Positions 29,729 to 39,751 of a DNA stretch of 64,000 nt are shown one piece after another. The DNA lies in IMG/VR virus record IMGVR_UViG_3300032030_002018; one strand, 5' to 3'. The notes beneath the pieces are model-generated. The model was not told where the DNA came from and did no database searches. It saw nothing but the letters and a program-made list of their open reading frames with translations. A program made the position numbers and the translations under genes. Source of the stretch: a virus (lineage: Duplodnaviria > Caudoviricetes). Numbering within the stretch: the first letter of the stretch is position 1; every line of letters begins with the position of its first letter.

Positions 29729-30332
29729 ATCCAGTATGTCCGTTTATTTCTTTTATTTTCTTTGCTCTTTCTTTTCTCTTCCTTACCATTTCACGATATA
29801 AACCGTAATCCTTCTTCTTTGTTTCCATTTCCAATCTTAATTTTTTTATTTCTCTCTCCGCAAGAGACAACGGTTCATAATCGTATAAAGTTATATCTAT
29901 ATCATTGCAAGTGTTGTTGAATATTTCTATAATCCTTTCCTTGTCTCCATTACCGTCAAACCTTGTTGCTCCAAGCAATGTTGAGCCAACTTTCTTTCCT
30001 TTATATATCACATTAACAAGTTTCAAACATTTCTCCAAAGCCTCGTAAGACAGATAGTCCTTCTCTACGTGCGGTCTGAACCTGTTGCCCTTGGTTATGA
30101 AACATATGATAAATGTAGGTTGTTCCTCCTTCTTACACTCCAATATCGTTCCCAATTTATTGATATCGCCATACCTACTGTTCAAGTTAGCCTCAAATAC
30201 ATAAGGATACATTGCCATAACCTTTCTTTGGAAACCCTCGCTCATAATAGCGTAAAGATTAGTACCGACTAGGATTACATCATATTTATCCAACTCATCA
30301 ATCAATTTGTCAGATTTAATTATATTAACCAT
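29721..30332 (-). CDS. Macrodomain protein (Poa1p/TARG1/DarG-like)
   Basis: DVILVGTN...[14 protein letters not shown]...KLGTI...YEALEKCL...[16 protein letters not shown]...ITLYDY. Confidence 0.7.
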   Translation of the reverse strand: MVNIIKSDKLIDELDKYDVILVGTNLYAIMSEGFQRKVMAMYPYVFEANLNSRYGDINKLGTILECKKEEQPTFIICFITKGNRFRPHVEKDYLSYEALEKCLKLVNVIYKGKKVGSTLLGATRFDGNGDKERIIEIFNNTCNDIDITLYDYEPLSLAEREIKKLRLEMETKKKDYGLYREMVRKRKERAKKIKEINGHTGYD

Positions 30333-31395
30333 TAACCTTAAATGATTCAGATTCTTTTAATTTATTTATCATTTCAAGTTCTTCATCAGTCAATTTCTTC
30401 GGCATCTTAGACTTTACAACACCAATCATCGACCCAACAATATTCTGACCATATGTTGGAAGACCTTTTCCCCTATACCTTATCTGATACCCATCCTCTG
30501 TACCACTTGGTATAACTGCTTCCATCTTATTTCCGTCAAGGTCATACACATCAACCTTACAACCAGTTATTGCATCAAGTACAGGTATCTCAATAAGGAA
30601 ATACAAATCACTTCCATTCCGCTCAAATTTGTCGTGACTCAATACTTCTATCTCAACAATCAAATCACCATTCACACCATCAGGTCCTGCATAGTTACCC
30701 TTTCCACTTACAACAAACTGCATACCGGTATATAATCCCTTTGGAACATCTATATCGCACTCTTGCTTACCTTCGACCATTCCGACGCCGTGACAATCAG
30801 GACAAGGATTGGTAACAAACTTTCCGCTTCCATTACAATAAGGACACTCTTCAATCCTCTGCATCGTCATCATACCATTCCTCTGTGTCTTGACAATCTT
30901 TCCGGTACCGTGACAATGCTGACAAACACGTTCCTCACTTCTGCTAGTTTTTCCTGTTCCATTACAAGTAGCACAAGGCACAATACACTTATACCTTATC
31001 TTCTTTTTTAGACCGTTCTTTACATCCTCAATCGTAATTCCAAGTTTCACCTTAACATCAGAACCTCTTTTCTGATGTTCTCTCTCACTGAACATATCCT
31101 CAAATGGGTTGAATCCAAATCCACCCATTCCTCCGTGGAAATGATTCATAAAATCATTTAAATCAAAGTCAAAAGAACCATTGAAAGCCGGATTGTCATA
31201 TTGCTTGCGCTTTTCTTCATCAGAAAGAACACTGTAAGCTTCATTGACTTCCTTGAATTTCTCCTCTGCTTCTTTATCTCCTTGATTTTTGTCAGGGTGA
31301 TACTTTATTGCAAGTTTCTTATAAGCTTTCTTTATTTCTTCCTGACTTGCATTTTTATTAACGCCTAATATACTATAATAATCTTTCTTCTCCAT
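30325..31395 (-). CDS. dnaJ: Chaperone DnaJ
   Basis: J domain with HPD, G/F region, four CxxCxGxG motifs. Start MEKKDYY (31395). Confidence 0.97.
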   Translation of the reverse strand: MEKKDYYSILGVNKNASQEEIKKAYKKLAIKYHPDKNQGDKEAEEKFKEVNEAYSVLSDEEKRKQYDNPAFNGSFDFDLNDFMNHFHGGMGGFGFNPFEDMFSEREHQKRGSDVKVKLGITIEDVKNGLKKKIRYKCIVPCATCNGTGKTSRSEERVCQHCHGTGKIVKTQRNGMMTMQRIEECPYCNGSGKFVTNPCPDCHGVGMVEGKQECDIDVPKGLYTGMQFVVSGKGNYAGPDGVNGDLIVEIEVLSHDKFERNGSDLYFLIEIPVLDAITGCKVDVYDLDGNKMEAVIPSGTEDGYQIRYRGKGLPTYGQNIVGSMIGVVKSKMPKKLTDEELEMINKLKESESFKVNG

Positions 31396-31403
31396 AGTTA
31401 AAA

Positions 31404-31433
31404 TGGTTGGGGAATATTGTTTTCCCCCAACCA
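31404..31433 (-). other. Intergenic hairpin between dnaK and dnaJ
   Basis: TGGTTGGGG...CCCCAACCA. Confidence 0.6.
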
Positions 31434-31444
31434 ATTATTTAATG

Positions 31445-33283
31445 TTAAACTGTTTCAACGTCTTCCGCTCCACCACTATTTGAAGTGTTATAAGCCTTGG
31501 CAGATATCTCATTCCAAACAGATAAATTCTCCTTTTCAAGTTCATCTATCTTTTCAATGTCTTGATTCTTAACGGCTTCCTTTATCTTTTCATTTATTTC
31601 AGATACCTTTTTCTTGTCTTCATCAGTGAGTTTATCCTTCATATCTTCCATAAGGTTCTCATTATTGAATACCATACTATCAGCCTTGTTAAGTTTATCA
31701 GCCTTCTCTTTCTCCTTGGCATCATTATCAGCATTCTCTTCTGCCTCTCGTTTCATCCTTTCAATCTCTTCCTTACTCAATCCTGATGAAGCCTCAATCC
31801 TTATTGACTGTTCCTTACCTGTTGCTGAATCCTTTGCACTTACATTTAGAATGCCATTTGCGTCAATATCGAATGTAACCTCAATCTTTGGTACGCCACG
31901 TCTTGCTGGCATAATACCAGTCAATGCAAACATTCCAACAGACTTATTTTGTGAAGCCATAGGTCTCTCACCCTGCAAAATATGTATTGTTACCTCCACC
32001 TGATTGTCTTGGGCAGTAGAGAAAGTCTCCGTCTTCTTACAAGGTATTGTCGTATTGGCATCAATAAGTCTTGTCATAACACCACCCAAAGTCTCAATTC
32101 CTAAAGACAAAGGAGTTACATCAAGCAACACTATATCCCCAACATTTTCATCCTTGTTCAATATTGCACCTTGAATTGCAGCACCCAATGCAACAGCTTC
32201 GTCTGGATTAACACCCTTTGAAGGCTCTTTGTCAAATACTGTCTTAGCCGCTTCTATAACCTTTGGAATCCTTGTCGAACCACCAACAAGAATTATCTCA
32301 TCAATATCCTTCTTATCAAGTTTTGATAATGACAAAGCATCTTCGCATAACTTAACCAACTTATTATATAGGTGAGAAGTCAACTGCTCAAACTTTGCTC
32401 TTGTCAAAGTAAGGTTCAAATGTCTTGGAACATCTCCTACAGGACATAGATAAGGAAGACTTATGTCTGTTGACAGTGTTGACGACAACTCAATCTTTGC
32501 TTTTTCAGCCGCTTCCCTTATCCTCTGCATTGCCATCGCGTCAGAACTTATATCAACACCATTCTCATTCTTGAATTCATCAACCATCCAATTAACAATG
32601 CACTGGTCAAAATCATCACCACCAAGATGAGAATCTCCATTCGTTGAAATAACTTCAAACACACCACTTCCAAAATTCAATATTGATACATCACTTGTAC
32701 CACCACCGATGTCGTACACCACGACATTCATATCCTTATCTGACTTGTCAATTCCATATGCAAGTGCGGCTGCTGTTGGTTCATTGACAATCCTCAACAC
32801 ATTCAATCCGGCAATTTCACCAGCTTCCTTTGTTGCTTGCCTCTGTGAATCAGAGAAATATGCAGGTACAGTAATAACAGCATCCTTTACTTCTTCTCCA
32901 AGATAATCCTCTGCTGTTTTCTTCATCTTTTGAAGAATCATTGCACTAATCTCCTGAGGTGTGTAAGTTCTGTCACCAATTGACACACGAGGATACCCGC
33001 TCTCATTGATAACCTTGAAGGTTACTCTTTCAGCTTCATCCTTTACTTGTTCAAACGTTTCACCCATAAACCTCTTTATAGAATAAACTGTGTTTACAGG
33101 ATTCATTACAGCTTGTCTCTTACCAGACTCACCAACTTTTCTTTCACCTTCGCTAGTGAAACCAACGATTGAAGGGGTTGTTCTCCTTCCCTCACTGTTA
33201 ACAATGACCACAGGCTCACCACCCTCATATACAGATACACAAGAGTTGGTTGTACCAAGGTCAATACCAATTACTTTTTTCAT
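31445..33283 (-). CDS. dnaK: Chaperone DnaK (Hsp70)
   Basis: [42 protein letters not shown]. Confidence 0.99.
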   Translation of the reverse strand: MKKVIGIDLGTTNSCVSVYEGGEPVVIVNSEGRRTTPSIVGFTSEGERKVGESGKRQAVMNPVNTVYSIKRFMGETFEQVKDEAERVTFKVINESGYPRVSIGDRTYTPQEISAMILQKMKKTAEDYLGEEVKDAVITVPAYFSDSQRQATKEAGEIAGLNVLRIVNEPTAAALAYGIDKSDKDMNVVVYDIGGGTSDVSILNFGSGVFEVISTNGDSHLGGDDFDQCIVNWMVDEFKNENGVDISSDAMAMQRIREAAEKAKIELSSTLSTDISLPYLCPVGDVPRHLNLTLTRAKFEQLTSHLYNKLVKLCEDALSLSKLDKKDIDEIILVGGSTRIPKVIEAAKTVFDKEPSKGVNPDEAVALGAAIQGAILNKDENVGDIVLLDVTPLSLGIETLGGVMTRLIDANTTIPCKKTETFSTAQDNQVEVTIHILQGERPMASQNKSVGMFALTGIMPARRGVPKIEVTFDIDANGILNVSAKDSATGKEQSIRIEASSGLSKEEIERMKREAEENADNDAKEKEKADKLNKADSMVFNNENLMEDMKDKLTDEDKKKVSEINEKIKEAVKNQDIEKIDELEKENLSVWNEISAKAYNTSNSGGAEDVETV

Positions 33284-33341
33284 TTTAACAATCTCCTTAT
33301 TTTATAAAATAATATTTTTTTTATTTACTACATTTAATACA

Positions 33342-33357
33342 ACAAAAACCGTGCCAA
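33342..33357 (-). promoter_or_regulatory. Sigma54 (-24/-12)-like element upstream of dnaK
   Basis: Minus strand TTGGCACGGTTTTTGT versus consensus YTGGCACGNNNNTTGC, about 60 bp upstream of the ATG. Confidence 0.55.
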
Positions 33358-33377
33358 AGTAGCAAAAAAATACGATT

Positions 33378-33989
33378 TTATTCAATAATTTTCAATTTTT
33401 CTTTATTTTTTATATAAACTACAATCCATCCAAGGTCGTCTATTATGCATCCTGTTCCCCATAGGAACAGTGCGAGTTTAAGTGATGGAAGGAACAGCAT
33501 TGCCATCAGGAATCCTGTGATACTGAATATACCGTCGGCAATTGATATATTATTCTCATATATTTCCCTTGCTCTTTCGTTCCATAATTTTGTTCTGAAA
33601 TACATAACGCATTTTGCAACAAATTGGCATACAAGGTTTGTATATATCAAAGACACTATTGCGTATATCCATACATTATATTGAACAAAACATAAGTATA
33701 ATGCCAATAAAAAGCCACATATTGATTCTGTTATGCAGAATATAAGGAAATATTTGATTACATTATATCTTACTTTTCCTTTCCATATAAGTCCGATTAT
33801 AAATCCAACAATTGATGTGAACAATGCTTGGAACGCAATCCATTGCGCAGGTAATGATGAATATATTTCCTTAACGAGTGTTGGACTCACATATGTTATT
33901 ATAAGGCAACTTACGCACATACTACCCAGAATCCATTTTTGATTGGAATCTGGGTGTAAGTTCAGAAATTTAAGTATTTTTCTCAGCAT
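33378..33989 (-). CDS. Multi-pass membrane protein (half-MFS-like, ~6 TM)
   Basis: About six hydrophobic segments. Confidence 0.7.
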   Translation of the reverse strand: MLRKILKFLNLHPDSNQKWILGSMCVSCLIITYVSPTLVKEIYSSLPAQWIAFQALFTSIVGFIIGLIWKGKVRYNVIKYFLIFCITESICGFLLALYLCFVQYNVWIYAIVSLIYTNLVCQFVAKCVMYFRTKLWNERAREIYENNISIADGIFSITGFLMAMLFLPSLKLALFLWGTGCIIDDLGWIVVYIKNKEKLKIIE

Positions 33990-33991
33990 TA

Positions 33992-34405
33992 TTATTTCTT
34001 ACCAATATACTTGTCAATATTTTTAGCAATATAGCTTATCTTTCCAAGTAGTTCATAATAACAAAGGTCTTCTGTTAGCATTGTCACGTTATTAGTCATA
34101 ACGCTTCCAATATCATCGCCTTTCTCAATTCGCTTTTTAGCAATCTCAATTCCCTTTTCCTCATTGAATTCATCTTCAGGGCTGCATATTGCATAAGCAA
34201 CCGTGAATTTACGTTCAAGAGTCCGTTTCTTGAATGACAATTCTCCCCTAACAAATCTACCTTCGTAGATTTCAACTGGAACATCTTCCTTGATTTCCTC
34301 CTTTATATACTTCTGTTCCCACTTTCCAACAACCGTGATGGTATGTTTTTCCTTATTGGAATCATAAGCATCAAGAGTTAAATGATAATACCTGATTTTT
34401 GACAT
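33992..34405 (-). CDS. Conserved phage protein (gp49/66-like C-terminal motif)
   Basis: AICSPEDEFNEEKGIEIAKKR. Confidence 0.6.
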   Translation of the reverse strand: MSKIRYYHLTLDAYDSNKEKHTITVVGKWEQKYIKEEIKEDVPVEIYEGRFVRGELSFKKRTLERKFTVAYAICSPEDEFNEEKGIEIAKKRIEKGDDIGSVMTNNVTMLTEDLCYYELLGKISYIAKNIDKYIGKK

Positions 34406-34410
34406 AATCT

Positions 34411-34620
34411 TTAAACTTTATTTTCTATTATTTTTTTCTTCGTAAGATACTCTTCACAAATTTCTTTGTTGTTAATGATTTCCCTAAGTAGTTTTGCATA
34501 AGCTGGTAATACCATTCCACCATTGAAATAAATGGTTTGCCTTACCTCTCTTATAGTACTACCTTTTTCGATTGTTCCCATATCACAAGTATATGGTTTC
34601 TTAAAAATGTACTCAATCAT
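34411..34620 (-). CDS. Hypothetical protein
   Basis: 69 aa ORF in operon. Confidence 0.6.
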   Translation of the reverse strand: MIEYIFKKPYTCDMGTIEKGSTIREVRQTIYFNGGMVLPAYAKLLREIINNKEICEEYLTKKKIIENKV

Positions 34621-34643
34621 AATGTATGTATTTATTTCTTTTT

Positions 34644-34742
34644 TTATAAGCAGAATATATTATACCCAGCGTATATAAGTGCTGACATAATGAACATCCC
34701 GAATAATGTTATTGATATTGTCTCGATTTTACTTCTGTGCAT
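34644..34742 (-). CDS. Possible 32-aa single-TM peptide (not in ORF track)
   Basis: MHRSKIETISITLFGMFIMSALIYAGYNIFCL; fills the gap in the operon. Confidence 0.35.
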   Translation of the reverse strand: MHRSKIETISITLFGMFIMSALIYAGYNIFCL

Positions 34743-35227
34743 ATCTCATTAAGTATTGGTGACATAATCTCATCTATCTTTTTCCAATCAACATATGGTC
34801 TTTTTCCTTCCTCGCATATCATTGGTGTGCCGACATTCTTATCATCTATATCAAACACAGAGAATATTTTGCAGGACAAATCTTCCTTATCTTCTTGTGT
34901 TGGATTCCTTCCAATGCCATAAAACTCTATCCCTTTGTCCTTTATTACATTGACAGCCTTTGATAAATTATCTCCACACCTCATAGTGTTCAATATAAAA
35001 CCAACATTATAGTTTTTTTTCCACTTTTTCATAACATCTATACAGTCATCATTCACATCAATATGACCACTAATCCAATCAGACGCCGATGTTATTGTGA
35101 AATCAAAATCAATTGATATGGGTATCACATATCTACCGTCAGATGTTTTTTCTGAATAGTAAATTATCTCATTTACAATTGGTTTTACATTGATTATTTT
35201 ATCATCCATATATGTTATATTTTTCAA
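34709..35227 (-). CDS. HAD-superfamily hydrolase (BT0820-like)
   Basis: IDFDFTI, ILNTMR, K...IDDKNVG. Confidence 0.8.
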   Translation of the reverse strand: MKNITYMDDKIINVKPIVNEIIYYSEKTSDGRYVIPISIDFDFTITSASDWISGHIDVNDDCIDVMKKWKKNYNVGFILNTMRCGDNLSKAVNVIKDKGIEFYGIGRNPTQEDKEDLSCKIFSVFDIDDKNVGTPMICEEGKRPYVDWKKIDEIMSPILNEICTEVKSRQYQ

Positions 35228-35690
35228 TAAACGCTCTTTTCAACCCAATCAAAACTGCAATATTAGCAGTCCAAAACACATCCAAATTATCTTCATAAAA
35301 CTTTGGGTAGCATTCTTTTATAAATCTACCAACAGCCCTAGACCTTGAAACACCGGCTCGACAATGTATGTAGAAATCTTTTCCAATGTTACCATCAACA
35401 AATTCCAATACCTCCTTACATTGTTCAGGTGTTATTGCTCTTGCCTTTATTCCTTTAAATTCAATATCTTCACTAACATCATCAAATTCAAGATTAAGGA
35501 CATTTGTATGATTTGTCCTGAAATAATGTTGTGTATCAGGTTCATCCAAATATTTTTCAATAATGTCTTTTGTTCCTATGATAGATATAAACGCTTTATT
35601 ATCAAGCTTTTCAACATTATCATCATTTATACCGTTATTAACACAGTATTCATCAAATGCTTCGTGTGAGAATATCTTTATTTCCGCCAT
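35202..35690 (-). CDS. Protein-tyrosine/dual-specificity phosphatase-like
   Basis: HCRAGVSRS (CX5R); FDD. Confidence 0.88.
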   Translation of the reverse strand: MAEIKIFSHEAFDEYCVNNGINDDNVEKLDNKAFISIIGTKDIIEKYLDEPDTQHYFRTNHTNVLNLEFDDVSEDIEFKGIKARAITPEQCKEVLEFVDGNIGKDFYIHCRAGVSRSRAVGRFIKECYPKFYEDNLDVFWTANIAVLIGLKRAFIEKYNIYG

Positions 35691-36526
35691 AATACTTTCC
35701 TTAATTGTCGTGTTACATCTTGTACTGGTATTAATATATAATCGCCAGTATCCCTAACCCATACTATTCTCCTCGCTATTACTTTCAATCCTATATCTTC
35801 AAGTGGTATCTGATATGCCGAAAGTTGCAATGTGTACATAGACTTCGGTTCATCATAGAAATCATCAAATGGTGGCAACAGCATTTTATCAACGCTCCTT
35901 GAATATTCCTTCTCTATTTCCTTGTTTGTCTTCCAATCAAATATTACAAGTCCGCTCTTACTGTCGTCATTCGGATGTTTATAATAGAACAATATGTCGA
36001 ATGTACCTGCATAATCCTGTTCAAGGTCTGTAAGTATCTTGTTTTTGCCAGTATAAACTTTAGTCTCTGCAAGTACAAAATGTAAGTTGGGGTCAAGATT
36101 ATCGTAGAACTTAACCATCGCCTCTTCCTTCTTTCTAGTTGGAACAAGCCAACCCTTATCAGGTATGTACTTGCATTTGTTGTCAGGCGTTATAAGTTCA
36201 GGGTGACCATTCCTTAACCACCCCAATGATTCTCCGAATGAATGACACAATGTACCCTTTATGGTTGCCATAAGGTTTGTCATCTTCCACTTGTCAAGCC
36301 AATATTCTTTTGTTTCCCCGTGCTTTTCAGCATATCTCTCAGCTTCTAATTCAGAATTGAATTCTGTTGCGAACTGATGTGTAACGTGTGACACAGATGG
36401 AAGATTGATACCGTTCAGCGTATATAAGTGTCTTTCCTCTTCAAACTGTAAGTCAGCAAACGCGTCTAATATCTTCCTCCTAATTTCAGTTACTTCATTT
36501 GGTTCTCCATTGATTACTATATCCAT
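35678..36526 (-). CDS. PD-(D/E)xK exonuclease
   Basis: LPSVS, GT..H, AETKV, AGTFD, DWKT, LQLSAY. Confidence 0.85.
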   Translation of the reverse strand: MDIVINGEPNEVTEIRRKILDAFADLQFEEERHLYTLNGINLPSVSHVTHQFATEFNSELEAERYAEKHGETKEYWLDKWKMTNLMATIKGTLCHSFGESLGWLRNGHPELITPDNKCKYIPDKGWLVPTRKKEEAMVKFYDNLDPNLHFVLAETKVYTGKNKILTDLEQDYAGTFDILFYYKHPNDDSKSGLVIFDWKTNKEIEKEYSRSVDKMLLPPFDDFYDEPKSMYTLQLSAYQIPLEDIGLKVIARRIVWVRDTGDYILIPVQDVTRQLRKVLWRK

Positions 36527-36604
36527 TTATTTTTTTTCTTTGTGACAAATATATATAATTTTTTATTGATTTCAAAATTTTTAAGAATATTTTTTCTAAA
36601 AAAA

Positions 36605-36916
36605 GTGGGAAATATATATTTGATTAGGGAAAATAATGAATCGAGCAATTATAAAATTGGCTCAACAAGACATAATGACATATCAAGGAGATTAAAAGGA
36701 TTACAAACAGGTAATCCAAATGAATTGATGTTAGTTAAGTCATTTAGTACAAATGAACAGTTTAAATTGGAGCATATGTTACATAGACATTATAAATATA
36801 AAAGAGAAAATGGAGAATGGTTTATATTAAATGAAGATGATGTCAAACATTTTGATGACGTATGCAAAAAATATCAAAGAGTAATTGATTCTTTGAAAAA
36901 TAATCCTTTTTGGTAA
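36605..36916 (+). CDS. GIY-YIG T5orf172/MUG113-domain protein
   Basis: IYLI...YKIG.T...RRL..LQTGNP...LE..LH......GEWF; probable GTG start at 36605. Confidence 0.88.
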   Translation: MGNIYLIRENNESSNYKIGSTRHNDISRRLKGLQTGNPNELMLVKSFSTNEQFKLEHMLHRHYKYKRENGEWFILNEDDVKHFDDVCKKYQRVIDSLKNNPFW

Positions 36917-36945
36917 TTTGGTTATATTTATATTAAAAAAAAGTT

Positions 36946-37215
36946 ATGATATATCAATTAAATGAAAATAAGTTAAGAAAAGTAATTAACAGTTCAATTA
37001 AACAGGTTTTAAATGAAAGCATTAACCCAGATTTATTGAAATCAATAGAAAACATTATGATTTGTAGTCAAGATGCTTATAAATTGGCGCAAAAAGACAA
37101 TATTGATGTATGGAAAGGACAGATTGCACGTCTACTTAAAGACATCAGGTTTTATCTTGATAAAATTGACTCTAAATTTTCTGGCATATCACAATCGATT
37201 GAAAGTGAATATTAA
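36946..37215 (+). CDS. Leader-family protein
   Basis: MIYQLNENKLRKVINSSIKQVLNE; ATATTTAT at 36924-36931. Confidence 0.7.
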   Translation: MIYQLNENKLRKVINSSIKQVLNESINPDLLKSIENIMICSQDAYKLAQKDNIDVWKGQIARLLKDIRFYLDKIDSKFSGISQSIESEY

Positions 37216-37256
37216 AAAAACACACAGTCAAGTCATCATTGACTGTGTGTTTTTTT
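37214..37256. terminator. Bidirectional terminator
   Basis: AAAAAAACACACAGTCAA...TTGACTGTGTGTTTTTTT. Confidence 0.85.
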
Positions 37257-37273
37257 CTTTCATTAATTTATTT

Positions 37274-38131
37274 TTAGTAGTTTGTTATCAGTACCTCGTC
37301 ACTTTTAGACACTTTGTCTTTAGTGTGATAATTGCAATTGCTATATGTATAATCAAGGTGATTCACGTTGTATTTTTCAGACCATTCAATCAATATATCA
37401 TTAGCCTTTCCTTTGCTTTCCAATACATTGGATAATGCGAATTTTATATGATTGTCATTTAATCTATCTAGAATTGACAGTAATGACTTCTCCTCATTCT
37501 CATTCCAACCGTCCCTTTCATTATAAGACGCACAGGTAATTAAATACGGAGGGTCACAATATATAAAATCATTGTATGACAGTTTGTCTATTTTTATTTC
37601 CTTGAAATCATAGTTTGTAAATATGATATTCTTTTCCGTAATGGCTTTATGGAAGTTTATCAAGTTTCCTTTCATCCTGTCAGTAAACATACTCCTGTCC
37701 TTTCCAAACGGCATATTATATTCACCTTTTGAATTAAACCTAATCTGATTGTTGAATGAATAACATATCAATACATATAATAAGATACTCTTAAATTTAT
37801 CATTGTTATGTGTGGCGTTATAATCATTCCTTAATTTCAAGAAACCTTCACTGTTGGTTTTTGACAAATCATATTTATTTATAACATCATTTATATCACT
37901 TATTAAATCATCTACATTCTCAAATCCTTGAAACATTTTATATATATTAATGACTTCACTGGAAAAATCATTTGCTATGATTCTATCAGCGTCAACATTG
38001 ACAGCGACATTGCCGCCACCTGTAAATAAATCAACAAATGTTCCAATATCTTTCGGAAACAACGGTAGTATTTGACTCAATAACTTGAATTTACCACCTG
38101 TATAATTCATTGGAGATTTAACAAAATCCAT
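37274..38131 (-). CDS. D12-class (Dam-family) DNA adenine methyltransferase
   Basis: NYTGGK, DLFTGGG, RFNSKG.YN.PFG, DPPY, EVLITNY. Confidence 0.93.
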   Translation of the reverse strand: MDFVKSPMNYTGGKFKLLSQILPLFPKDIGTFVDLFTGGGNVAVNVDADRIIANDFSSEVINIYKMFQGFENVDDLISDINDVINKYDLSKTNSEGFLKLRNDYNATHNNDKFKSILLYVLICYSFNNQIRFNSKGEYNMPFGKDRSMFTDRMKGNLINFHKAITEKNIIFTNYDFKEIKIDKLSYNDFIYCDPPYLITCASYNERDGWNENEEKSLLSILDRLNDNHIKFALSNVLESKGKANDILIEWSEKYNVNHLDYTYSNCNYHTKDKVSKSDEVLITNY

Positions 38132-38147
38132 AAAATACTTTTAAAAT

Positions 38148-38519
38148 CTAATGTTCTTTTTTTCTTTCCTTAATTAATCTCTTTTGCAACTCCTCAGCAA
38201 TCACATCACCGTGACAGGGTAATGGTTTACAGAAACATTGTAGATAAACATCCTCTCCGCTCTTATAGGCTTCATATATCCTGTCAAAAGCGTCTGTAAG
38301 TTCCTTGTTCTTACCATAAGACTGCTCAAAGTATAACCTGTAAGCCTCTATTGCTTCCTCTCTTGTCTTAAAAGACAATTTGGCAAGGCTCGTCTTGACA
38401 CCATTGTGAGTAAATGGGTTGCCCAAAGGATTTCCATCCTTCGACCTTCCTATGTAAAAATTGTTTTTCTCATTTGTATGGTCTTCATTCTTAACATTAT
38501 AGACAATAATACGCCCCAT
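38148..38519 (-). CDS. DUF4326 domain protein
   Basis: YIGR...GNPF...REEAI..Y...L.CFCKP.PCHGDV. Confidence 0.88.
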   Translation of the reverse strand: MGRIIVYNVKNEDHTNEKNNFYIGRSKDGNPLGNPFTHNGVKTSLAKLSFKTREEAIEAYRLYFEQSYGKNKELTDAFDRIYEAYKSGEDVYLQCFCKPLPCHGDVIAEELQKRLIKERKKEH

Positions 38520-38531
38520 TATAAAAATGTT

Positions 38532-38720
38532 TTACATAATTCCACTTTCATTAATATCATCACGTATTTTTTCCAGACCTTTTAGCAAATCACAAAGCTG
38601 GTCCTTACGGACATTCACTTCTTCCTCGTAATGCCCGTGCAAATCATAAAACACAATAGTGTAACCACCTTTGTCTGATTTTACTAATGTAATCCCTTCA
38701 GTATCTACTATATATTCCAT
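38532..38720 (-). CDS. Hypothetical protein
   Basis: 62 aa ORF. Confidence 0.55.
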   Translation of the reverse strand: MEYIVDTEGITLVKSDKGGYTIVFYDLHGHYEEEVNVRKDQLCDLLKGLEKIRDDINESGIM

Positions 38721-38777
38721 TACTCAACATATTTTCTTTATAATTACGTCGTAATAATGGAAAAGTTAAAATATACC

Positions 38778-38912
38778 TCAATATATTTCTCTTCTTATAA
38801 TCCTCCTACTAACAAGACCATTCTTCTTTGGTGGAACTTTCGTTACAGTTTTTGCCTTTGGTATAGAATTACTACTTACATTCTGTGTCTTGTTCTTACA
38901 GCTACATCCCAT
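38778..38912 (-). CDS. 44-aa basic MGCxCK peptide (not in ORF track)
   Basis: MGCSCKNKTQNVSSNSIPKAKTVTKVPPKKNGLVSRRIIRREIY; ATATTTAT at 38935-38942. Confidence 0.65.
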   Translation of the reverse strand: MGCSCKNKTQNVSSNSIPKAKTVTKVPPKKNGLVSRRIIRREIY

Positions 38913-38956
38913 TTTTTCCTATATATTTTTCTTTATAAATATATCATCGTCCAAAA

Positions 38957-39751
38957 TTATTCACTTGGTTCAGAACATATTGTAAGTTCTTCAATCCTAT
39001 CCCTGGACATTTTGCAATATTCCTCACTTATGTCTATGCCTATATAATTGCGTTTCATATCAATACAAACAAGTGCCGTTGTACCGCTTCCAATAAACGG
39101 GTCTAATACTATGTCACCTTTATTTGTCCAAGTCTTTATGTGGTCTAATACAACATCATATGGATAGACAGCAGGATGACCGCTCTTGTTTTGAGCAACA
39201 GCGAAATCCCATACATTACCTTTTACTTTCTTCTCACTGACATTATAGTAAACCTTTCTCCTACCACTCTCGCCTCCAATCATCTTGGCTGTTGACTTGT
39301 ACAATTTTCCTGCATTCTTGCAATCAACCATAATTGGATTGAATGTCTTCGGTTTTCCCTTGCTGAATACCATCATATAGTCAAATGTATCAGTGTATCT
39401 GGGTTGTGCGACAACAGGACAAGGATTCGTCTTGTTCCAAATCATAACATCATTTACATTAAAACCAATTTCATTGAAATACAAAGCCTGCTTAAAACTG
39501 GTCAATGTCTTACTGCCTTTCATTGTTCTGTCATTTACAATCCATACAACAACACCACCTGGTTTTATTACCCTATATAATTCATCAGCCACTCCTTTGA
39601 ACACATCGAAATTCCAAGGATTATCAGGATTATTATAAGTCCTGAGATTATCATATGGCGGACTTGTGATGACCATATCAACACTTTCATCGTCAATATC
39701 CTTCATCACAAGCCTCGCATCACCACAGTATATGTTATTCAATTCAAGCAT
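38957..39751 (-). CDS. Beta-class N4-C/N6-A DNA methyltransferase
   Basis: ITSPPY, HPAVYP, DPFIGSGTT; start MLELNNIY (39751). Confidence 0.93.
   Translation of the reverse strand: MLELNNIYCGDARLVMKDIDDESVDMVITSPPYDNLRTYNNPDNPWNFDVFKGVADELYRVIKPGGVVVWIVNDRTMKGSKTLTSFKQALYFNEIGFNVNDVMIWNKTNPCPVVAQPRYTDTFDYMMVFSKGKPKTFNPIMVDCKNAGKLYKSTAKMIGGESGRRKVYYNVSEKKVKGNVWDFAVAQNKSGHPAVYPYDVVLDHIKTWTNKGDIVLDPFIGSGTTALVCIDMKRNYIGIDISEEYCKMSRDRIEELTICSEPSE

Noticed and set aside
20914-33283. Bacterial chromosome origin (ssb, tyrS, infC, dnaK, dnaJ, pncAB)
   Set aside because: Genes lack cellular context (infC without thrS/rpmI/rplT, no grpE), are divergent, and are interspersed with phage replication, structural and small hypothetical genes.
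35678-36526. Cas4 / CRISPR adaptation gene
   Set aside because: No four-cysteine Fe-S motif and no cas genes or array; treated as a generic PD-(D/E)xK exonuclease.
36605-38131. Restriction-modification system (GIY-YIG plus Dam-like MTase)
   Set aside because: Genes are convergent and separated by another ORF and a terminator; the stand-alone T5orf172 domain is a common phage gene.
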